Shown here piece by piece: positions 1 to 6,836 of a stretch of DNA of 64,000 bases. The position numbers were made by a program, and so were the translations under genes. Location: positions 1,856 through 65,855 of the forward strand of contig JBCKKC010000003.1 in NCBI GenBank assembly GCA_038904395.1, written 5' to 3'. The notes beneath the pieces are model-generated. The model saw only the letters and a program-made list of their open reading frames with translations. It was not told the DNA's origin and did not search any database. The DNA is from Acidimicrobiia bacterium. Its GTDB lineage: Bacteria; Actinomycetota; Acidimicrobiia; UBA2766. Within the stretch, counting starts at the first letter, position 1; the number at the start of each line of letters is the position of its first letter.

Positions 1-2646
1 CCTGTTGCGGATGCGGAGGGCCACATGAGCGCACCTGAGGATGGTCACATCGGCTTCCGAATCGCCATCGAAGGAAACCCACACATCGTGAGCGCAAGTT
101 TAGTGAATGTGCCCGGTGCCACGAGGCCAGTCGACCTCCCCGCCAATGGGAACCTTCAGGCAGTTGTCGGGCTACCACTCGGAAGACCTTGGGCTGACGC
201 TAGCAGTGCCGCTGGTGCTACCTGTACTGTCATTGAAGGTGTGGTTAATGACCCATACAGCGTGGACATGATCGTCGATGAACCACACCACTTTGCGCTG
301 CAGATTCGCTACAAGACTCAGTCAAGTGACCGGAACTCACAACCAATCGAAAATCTGCCAATCGTCCAGATTCCGGCCCAGTACAACAACACTGCGTATA
401 GCATCGCGTATGGCGCTGGCATCCCATTCAATAGATTTCCCGTTGCACAGTCGGCTGCTCCATTCGACATTGCCAGAGACCTGCCGTTTCCAACTAACCC
501 GGTACAGGCAGCCGGCAATGGGGCCCAGCCAAATCAGCAGCTTGGACAGCCAGGTGGAGGAGGTCTTGCCCCAGCACCACTGCGTCCAGGAGGTCTTGCC
601 CCAGCACCACTGCGTCCAGGGGGTCCCGGTGCCGGCGGCGGGGCTCAGGCACCTCTGCCTCAAGCCTTCCCACCGGCCGTTGCAGGTGAGATTGGCGGCG
701 CTACTCCCTTTAACTTGGCTGGCGCTCCGCCAGGCATTGGCGGCGACCATTATGTGACCCAGGGTATGGGGCGAACGCAACAATATCAGCAGCTAGGTTT
801 GCCGCAAGCGACGGTATTTCATCCGTATCATCCAGCAGGCTACGATCCGGATGGACCCCCAGGAGGGCACGACAGAATCAACAATGGTTTGGTAAGCACA
901 CCATTCGCAGCCAGGCTCAGCGCCGCCCACTTCCCCAACCTACCCGCATCGGTCCAGGCTGCGCTGGCCAACGAGGGTATCAACCAAGCCGACGTAGACA
1001 TCGACGTCGTTCAACAAAATATGCCCTGGTCAGCAAACACCGAAATCGAATTGCGACCCCACTATTGGACAGACCCCGCCGCACTAAACGTCGGCGTCTA
1101 CAACACCAACCGGGACCTTAGCGTTGGCCTCTTTCACGCCGACCGTGGCCTATCCATCCGCGGCCAGGCACCAGGAACAATGGGCCAATACCACATCTCC
1201 GTTCACCAAGGTCCTGCAGACCAAGAAACCGGCCTCACACCCATCGTCTCGTCGCCCGACAACATGCAGGTCGACAACCTCAACCACCGAAACAGTACAA
1301 GCATTTGGTCTGTTGTGAGAAATGGCCCACGAGCCGCGGTCACGTTGCACCTACTTCTTGATGACAATGATCATCAGCTCTTCCAAGACCACATGATCTG
1401 CTTCCCAGACTTGAACGGGGCCATACAAGGCTTGAGCGTGAACACTCCGCACGGTCGCACATGGGTAGCAAAACTCACCGGGCTAATCCAAGGCCCTGGC
1501 CGCGGCAACGTGGCTGCAGCCGAACCGGCTCCCGGAGGGCAGGCAGTCGCAGCAGCCGCACAGGCCCAGGCTGCGGCAGTCACAGGCATCGCGCCACCGT
1601 CAAGCGCTAACACCCAGCAACTGCCAGCACCCGCCAGAGGATGGAACCAGGCAACAATCGACAATCCACAAAGCACAGGTGGCCAGACCGTCGTGCTACA
1701 GCACCGGGGCACACTATTGGTTGCCAACCGGGCAAACAACGGTGGCATCAGGATCGGACGCTACAATCCGGCCAACCGAACATGGCAGTTCCAACCAATC
1801 GGATCAGCCAACTGCAACGCCCGAAGCTTGGCCGGAGTCGTCCACAACGGGGCTATCCACATTTTTGCCACAGGCCTCCAAGGCAACCAGTCTTCGATCT
1901 CCCATCTAAGTTCGGCCAATGGCCAAGACTGGCAAGAAGAACACCTCGACGTAGGCCACAGTAGCGGGCTTGGCCTGTCGGTTAGCCTGCACCAAGGCCA
2001 AATCAACATAGTCAACCGGGGCCAAGAAACCAACCAAGAATCAGGCATCTTCCAAATCCGCCACGTTACTCAAGGACCTCAAGGATGGGGAACAGCGACC
2101 ATAGCCCACGACGCCAGCGCAACCAGCAACACCGCGATTGGCGAATACGGTGGCCAACTACACGTCCTATACGAAACATGCCTGCAAGAAATCAACCACC
2201 TTTGGTACGATCCGTTGCCGGCCAATCGCTGGTCAGACGAAATCTTGGCAGCAAGAGTTGCAGCCAACACCGCACTGAACATCTCAACTTATGGCGGCCA
2301 GTTCCACATCAACTATGAGGGCGCCGGCAACCAAGTCATTCACCGCTGGTATGCGCCAACCACAGGGCAGTGGGGACAGGAAACCATCGCTGCCGACTTA
2401 GAGCGCGGCAGCAACATCACAACAGCCACCTACGGCAACCAATACCACCTAGTGTACGGCTCTGTAGGCAACCGGCTCGCACACCGCTGGTTCGACGCAC
2501 CCACGGGCCGTTGGTATAACGAGACACTCGACAACGGCAACGTAACCGCCATCGCCGGCCTGGACATGGTCGAGTTCAACGGCAGCTTCCACATCCTTGC
2601 AACAACGCCAACGGACACACTACGCCACAACTACTACCAGCCCTAA
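1..2646 (+). CDS. Secreted modular protein, paralog 1 (5' end cut by window edge): unknown N-module, Pro/Gly linker, unknown His-rich middle module, C-terminal seven-repeat beta-propeller-like domain
   Basis: Frame is open from nt 1. The ORF-track Met at 25 is internal: HIGFRIAIEG aligns with HLGFRIAIDR about 85 aa into the 2860..5700 paralog. The C-terminal ~340 aa consist of seven ~45-aa repeats (e.g. STYGGQFHINYEGAGNQVIHRWYAPTTGQWGQE) and end LRHNYYQP. Confidence 0.85.
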   Translation, partial: PVADAEGHMSAPEDGHIGFRIAIEGNPHIVSASLVNVPGATRPVDLPANGNLQAVVGLPLGRPWADASSAAGATCTVIEGVVNDPYSVDMIVDEPHHFALQIRYKTQSSDRNSQPIENLPIVQIPAQYNNTAYSIAYGAGIPFNRFPVAQSAAPFDIARDLPFPTNPVQAAGNGAQPNQQLGQPGGGGLAPAPLRPGGLAPAPLRPGGPGAGGGAQAPLPQAFPPAVAGEIGGATPFNLAGAPPGIGGDHYVTQGMGRTQQYQQLGLPQATVFHPYHPAGYDPDGPPGGHDRINNGLVSTPFAARLSAAHFPNLPASVQAALANEGINQADVDIDVVQQNMPWSANTEIELRPHYWTDPAALNVGVYNTNRDLSVGLFHADRGLSIRGQAPGTMGQYHISVHQGPADQETGLTPIVSSPDNMQVDNLNHRNSTSIWSVVRNGPRAAVTLHLLLDDNDHQLFQDHMICFPDLNGAIQGLSVNTPHGRTWVAKLTGLIQGPGRGNVAAAEPAPGGQAVAAAAQAQAAAVTGIAPPSSANTQQLPAPARGWNQATIDNPQSTGGQTVVLQHRGTLLVANRANNGGIRIGRYNPANRTWQFQPIGSANCNARSLAGVVHNGAIHIFATGLQGNQSSISHLSSANGQDWQEEHLDVGHSSGLGLSVSLHQGQINIVNRGQETNQESGIFQIRHVTQGPQGWGTATIAHDASATSNTAIGEYGGQLHVLYETCLQEINHLWYDPLPANRWSDEILAARVAANTALNISTYGGQFHINYEGAGNQVIHRWYAPTTGQWGQETIAADLERGSNITTATYGNQYHLVYGSVGNRLAHRWFDAPTGRWYNETLDNGNVTAIAGLDMVEFNGSFHILATTPTDTLRHNYYQP
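561..620 (+). repeat. Perfect 30-bp tandem duplication (2 copies) in the Pro/Gly linker of paralog 1
   Basis: aggtcttgccccagcaccactgcgtccagg at 561-590 is repeated exactly at 591-620. It encodes GGLAPAPLRP twice. Confidence 0.95.
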
Positions 2647-2697
2647 CCCTGGGGACACACCTGCCACCCCCCGTGGCAGAACCCCCCGGACACCTCC

Positions 2698-2747
2698 GGC
2701 CAGGAAACGGGCCAAGCCCTCCCCCAGGGCAGACCCGTTTCCTGGCC
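2698..2747 (+). terminator. Conserved 3' stem-loop downstream of paralog 1 (terminator-like, no U-tract)
   Basis: ggccaggaaacggg (2698-2711) pairs perfectly with cccgtttcctggcc (2734-2747). Two smaller hairpins precede it (ctgccac/gtggcag and ccgga/tccgg). The whole 2647-2754 block recurs at 5701-5808. Confidence 0.45.
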
Positions 2748-2783
2748 AACCCCATTTAGGCCAGCGCCTAAAAAGATTCCTCC

Positions 2784-2859
2784 AGTCTCAAGTGATTCTC
2801 AGCTTTGCCACATAGGGTGCTAAGGAATTACACATGAGATCCCTGGGGGGAAATTTTCA
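2784..2859 (+). promoter_or_regulatory. Conserved 5' leader/promoter block upstream of paralog 2
   Basis: agtctcaagtgattctcagctttgccacatagggtgctaaggaattaca...atccctggggggaaattttcaATG is almost identical to 6763-6836 upstream of paralog 3. It contains a G-rich SD (gggggga) 8 nt before the ATG. Promoter hexamers were not assigned. Confidence 0.45.
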
Positions 2860-5700
2860 ATGTATCATGCAAACCGAATTCGACACCGCCTCAAATACGT
2901 ACTCAGCAGCATCATGACTTTGTTGGTGCTCGTTGGAGGAATCAGCACGCTGTGCCCTACGGCCGAAGCTGTGCAAGACCTCAACGTGCACTACCAAAAC
3001 ATTCAAGCCCCGAATGGGCGCAAAATTGTACTTCCATTTACCTTTGCTCAGAGCGACCGAAACCGTGGCGTAGCAACATTCGTCTTCATCCAATCAGTGG
3101 ATGATGCTGACGCTCACTTAGGCTTTCGAATTGCTATCGATAGAAACCCAGCAATTGTGAACGTCGCTTTGGTCACTGTGCCAGGTAACCTGGAGCCCAT
3201 CCAGCTCGAAAACCGCGCAGACCTCGGAGACCGCGGACACCTTGCAGTAGCTGTCCCTCTACCCATCACAACACGAAGTACAGACGCAAATTGCACAATA
3301 GTCGAAGGCGTCGTCGATGAGGGTTACGGCGTCCTAGATGGCATTGCACAAGACCCTCACCAATTTGCCCTAAACATTCGTTATAAGTCCCGCCCAAATG
3401 ATGTAACGCAGCAGCCACAAGAGAACTTTTCAATAGTTGAGATACCTCAACGGTTCCATCACTCAGCCGATCGCGCTCGCCCCTTTACCTTCGCAAATTC
3501 ATTTACTGAATATTCGCATGGGGGTATCGGTGGTGGTGGAATACAACGACTCGACAACCCAATACCCTTCAACGACCGGACCATATTTCCGGTGGTTCAG
3601 CAGGCTGCCCCACTTGACATCGGGAGAGACCTTCCTCTCTCCCCAGCTGATAGCCCGCCAGCCAACGACGGGGGCGGTCAGTCGAATCAGCAGCCTGCAA
3701 CTGATGGACTTGCCCCACCACCCCCCCATCCCGAAGCTAACGCGGCCGGCAATCTGGCCCAGCCAATCGGACCCGGTTTGGCCAGCGGCGCAACACCATT
3801 CAACATGGCGGCAGCACCAGTGGGCCTTAATGGTCGGCCTGCAGTTACGCTTGGTATGGGACGGACGCAACAGTACGGAATCGGCCTACCCCAGGCGCCG
3901 GTGTTTCATCCCTATCACCCTGCTGGCGATGATCCGAACCCCGGCCCACATGCCAGAGACGGCATCGGCATTGTAAGCACCCCCTTCGCGGCCCGACTCC
4001 ACGGCGGCCACTTCGCCGCCCTACCCCAATCAGTCATCGCTGCTCTCGCCGCAGAAAACATAAACCCAGCAAATGTTGACATCAACATTGTCGAACAAAA
4101 CATGCCCTGGACACCAAACACCCAAATCTTGTTCCGGCCTCACTACTGGACCGACCCTGCCGCTCCTACCTTCGGTAACTACAACACAGCGAATCAAGTG
4201 CGCGCAGGCTTGTTCGAAACTGATGGTGGCCTATCAATCGCCGGCCAAGCGCCTGGAGCTATGGGTGCATACGGAATATCTGTACATCCCGGCCCCGAAC
4301 AAGCAGGCCGCGGCCCGGTCGTCGTTTCATCACCCGACAACATGGCCGTGCTAGGCCTAGGTCATCTAAACAGCACCAGCGGCTGGTCTGTCGTTAGAAA
4401 CGGGCAACGTGCCGCAGTGACACTTCATCTAGCCCTGAACGACGACGATCACGAAACATTCCAAAACTGCATGCTCAGCTTCCAAGACCTTAATGATCTC
4501 ATCCTAGGCCTTGCCGACAATCGATTGGGCGGCCCATGGGTAGCTAAACTAACTGCGCTAATCCGAGGCGCAGGGCCGGCTCCAGTCGCACAGGCCCTGG
4601 GCGTACCTGTACCGCAGGCAGGCCCCGGCGCCGCACGGCCAGGCGTGGCGCCACCGTCTAGCGCTAACACCCAACAACTGCCAGCCCCAGCCAGAGGATG
4701 GAACCAGGCAACAATCGACAATCCACAAAGCACAGGTGGCCAGACCGTCGTGCTACAGCACCGGGGCACACTCATGGTTGCCAACCGGGCAAACAACGGT
4801 GGCATCAGGATCGGACGCTTCAACCCAGCCAACCGAACGTGGCAATTCCAACCAATCGGATCAGCCAACTGCAACGCCCGAAGCTTAGCCGGAGTCGTCC
4901 ACAACGGGGCTATCCACATTTTTGCCACAGGCCTCCAAGGCGAACAGTCTTCGATCTGCCATCTGAGCTCGGGCGATGGCCAAGTCTGGCAAGAAGAACA
5001 CGTCGACGTCGGCCAAAGTAGCGGGCTAGGCCTCTCAGCTGCTGTCTACCGAGGCCGAATCAACATCGCTTGTCGCGATAACGAATTCCTATTCCAAAAC
5101 GGAGTTGGCCAAATCCGCCACGTGTTCCAAGGACGCCGCGGTTGGAAAACCGAAACCATCGCCAACGACGCCGCCGACGGCACGAGAACTGCAATCGGCG
5201 AATATGGTGGGCAACTACACGTCCTCTACACCACAAGGGCACAGGAGCTAGGGCACACCTGGTACACCCACGCCGACAACCGCTGGGCCCACGGCGCCGC
5301 AGCACGTGGCGTCGCACCCAACACTGCCATAAATGTTTCAACCTATGGCGGCCAGTTCCACATCAACTATGAGGGCGCCGGCAACCAAATCATCCATCGC
5401 TGGTTTGCGCCAACCACGGGGCAGTGGGCACAAGAAACCATCGCTGCGGACATCCTTCACGGCAGCAGCATCGCCACAGCCACTTTCGGTGACCAATACC
5501 ATCTTGTATATGGTTCCGCCGGAAACCGGCTCGCGCACCGCTGGTACGACGCCCCAACAGCCCGTTGGTACAACGAGACACTCGACAACGGCAACGTAAC
5601 CGCCATCGGCGGACTCGCCATGACCGAATACAACGGCAACTTCCACATCCTCACAACAACACCCACCAACGGCTTACGCCACAACTACTACCAACCCTAA
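2860..5700 (+). CDS. Secreted modular protein, paralog 2 (full length): signal peptide, unknown N-module, Pro-rich linker, His-rich middle module, C-terminal seven-repeat propeller-like domain
   Basis: 946-aa ORF with SD. N-terminal signal peptide LLVLVGGISTLCPTAEA. Conserved middle motifs FHPYHPAGDDPN, RPHYWTDPAA, ISVHPG and LHLALNDDDH. Seven C-terminal repeats ending LRHNYYQP. Confidence 0.9.
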   Translation: MYHANRIRHRLKYVLSSIMTLLVLVGGISTLCPTAEAVQDLNVHYQNIQAPNGRKIVLPFTFAQSDRNRGVATFVFIQSVDDADAHLGFRIAIDRNPAIVNVALVTVPGNLEPIQLENRADLGDRGHLAVAVPLPITTRSTDANCTIVEGVVDEGYGVLDGIAQDPHQFALNIRYKSRPNDVTQQPQENFSIVEIPQRFHHSADRARPFTFANSFTEYSHGGIGGGGIQRLDNPIPFNDRTIFPVVQQAAPLDIGRDLPLSPADSPPANDGGGQSNQQPATDGLAPPPPHPEANAAGNLAQPIGPGLASGATPFNMAAAPVGLNGRPAVTLGMGRTQQYGIGLPQAPVFHPYHPAGDDPNPGPHARDGIGIVSTPFAARLHGGHFAALPQSVIAALAAENINPANVDINIVEQNMPWTPNTQILFRPHYWTDPAAPTFGNYNTANQVRAGLFETDGGLSIAGQAPGAMGAYGISVHPGPEQAGRGPVVVSSPDNMAVLGLGHLNSTSGWSVVRNGQRAAVTLHLALNDDDHETFQNCMLSFQDLNDLILGLADNRLGGPWVAKLTALIRGAGPAPVAQALGVPVPQAGPGAARPGVAPPSSANTQQLPAPARGWNQATIDNPQSTGGQTVVLQHRGTLMVANRANNGGIRIGRFNPANRTWQFQPIGSANCNARSLAGVVHNGAIHIFATGLQGEQSSICHLSSGDGQVWQEEHVDVGQSSGLGLSAAVYRGRINIACRDNEFLFQNGVGQIRHVFQGRRGWKTETIANDAADGTRTAIGEYGGQLHVLYTTRAQELGHTWYTHADNRWAHGAAARGVAPNTAINVSTYGGQFHINYEGAGNQIIHRWFAPTTGQWAQETIAADILHGSSIATATFGDQYHLVYGSAGNRLAHRWYDAPTARWYNETLDNGNVTAIGGLAMTEYNGNFHILTTTPTNGLRHNYYQP

Positions 5701-5751
5701 CCCTGGGGACACACCTGCCACCCCCCGTGGCAGAACCCCCCGGACACCTCC

Positions 5752-5801
5752 GGCCAGGAAACGGGCCAAGCCCTCCCCCAGGGCAAACCCGTTTCCTGGC
5801 C
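5752..5801 (+). terminator. Conserved 3' stem-loop downstream of paralog 2
   Basis: Same 14-bp perfect stem ggccaggaaacggg / cccgtttcctggcc as at 2698-2747. The flanking block 5701-5808 differs from 2647-2754 at one position by eye. Confidence 0.45.
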
Positions 5802-5838
5802 AACCCCACTTTCAACGCCCGGACTTATTCGACTTTTT

Positions 5839-6749
5839 GTAACCATTCACGTCCCCCGGCCCGTCATTGTAGGGTGGCGGACAGGAACTTCCCCTGCCCG
5901 CTCCCGTCAAACCGGACGTGGACCTCTCGATTCATCCGGCTTCCTCACTTGGGGCCAGGTCAACTCGTGACTCCTCCCCGTTACCAGGTTGGTCACCCGA
6001 CCCGACCCAAGCGTCGACCCCTTTCCTCCAGTCCCATTACAGAACTTTCATAGGTACTACAGGCCGATCCGCCCCAGTGCACCGCATCCGATACTCTACG
6101 CCTTCAGCTTTCGACCTCGACGTTCTCTCGTTCCCCTGGCCACGCCAGGAGGCAACGGTACGACTGGTTCCCGAGTTCCATCCAAGAGCCCACGCTACGT
6201 TCATGCCCCCTATACGCCGGAGAGCGCCTGGCCAGCTACGAGATTCGCCACCAGACTTATCCCAAGACAGCTCACCTATCCTGGTTCTGCTCTCAACATT
6301 GCCCTTTCGACGCGTCATCGGAAGGTTCGCTTTCGCTCATCTCCGTAGCACATACCTGACAGGGGTTCCCCTGCCTTTTCCTGCAACGCTCAGCACCCCG
6401 CCTCTTAAACGACGCACCTTGCAGTGGTTTGGTACCTCTCCCTCGCAGAGCCGGCACCGGAGGACCAAGGAGCCTGCGCTCCCTCCTCCATCTCTTGAAC
6501 AGCATTGCTTCAGTCACGCGAGCTTACGCCCTTGTCACCTCCACATTCACGGCACACGCGAGCCCTAGGCTTTGGCAGGGCGTGGCAATCCAGGGTCTGT
6601 GGCGAAGCCGCAGGTCCACCCACAGATTCGATCCATTTTGAATTGCTTGCTTCGCGGCGCAAAGCAGTAAAGCCTGGATTGCTTCGCTCCGCTCGCAATG
6701 ACGAAAGAGCTGGTAGCGCCACCGTGGCTTCGGAGACGTGAATGGTTAC
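5839..6749. mobile_element. MITE-like repeat copy R1 (about 222 bp of element sequence), interrupted by a group II intron
   Basis: Perfect 12-bp terminal inverted repeats: gtaaccattcac (5839-5850) and gtgaatggttac (6738-6749). Flanked by the 7-bp direct repeat acttttt (5832-5838 and 6750-6756). Internal arms cgtcatt|gcgagccctaggctttggcagggcgtggcaatccagg and cctggattgcttcgctccgctcgcaatgacg match the other copies in the window. Confidence 0.85.
5869..6557 (-). mobile_element. ORF-less group II intron (689 nt), class C-like features
   Basis: On the minus strand the 5' end is GUGUGCC and the 3' end is ...CCACCCUAC. A 34-nt domain V lies at 5909-5942 (AAGCCGGAUGAAUCGAGAGGUCCACGUCCGGUUU) with the AGC triad, a GAGA loop and a CA bulge. 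Domain VI is a helix with a bulged A 7 nt from the 3' end. Removing 5869-6557 restores the repeat consensus cgtcattgcgagccc exactly. No RT-like ORF is present. Confidence 0.85.
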
Positions 6750-6762
6750 ACTTTTTTGGGCG

Positions 6763-6836
6763 AGTCTCAAGGGATTCTCAGCTTTGCCACATAGGGTGTT
6801 AGGGAATTACAAGCAATCCCTGGGGGGAAATTTTCA
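6763..6836 (+). promoter_or_regulatory. Conserved 5' leader/promoter block upstream of paralog 3
   Basis: Near-identical to 2784-2859, including ctcagctttgccacatagggtg and ccctggggggaaattttcaATG. Confidence 0.45.

Noticed and set aside
1594-5032. Diversity-generating retroelement (template/variable repeat pair) as an explanation for the near-identical segments of paralogs 1 and 2
   Set aside because: No reverse transcriptase is nearby, since the only retroelement is ORF-less. The differences between the two copies are not concentrated at adenines.
5565-6568. Plus-strand ORFs 5565..6053, 5918..6568, 5989..6348 and minus ORF 6037..6318, as possible genes between paralogs 2 and 3
   Set aside because: They are Pro/Arg/Ser-rich low-complexity translations with no SD. 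They run across the group II intron RNA and the MITE, and none resembles a reverse transcriptase/maturase. The region is better explained as non-coding mobile RNA/DNA.
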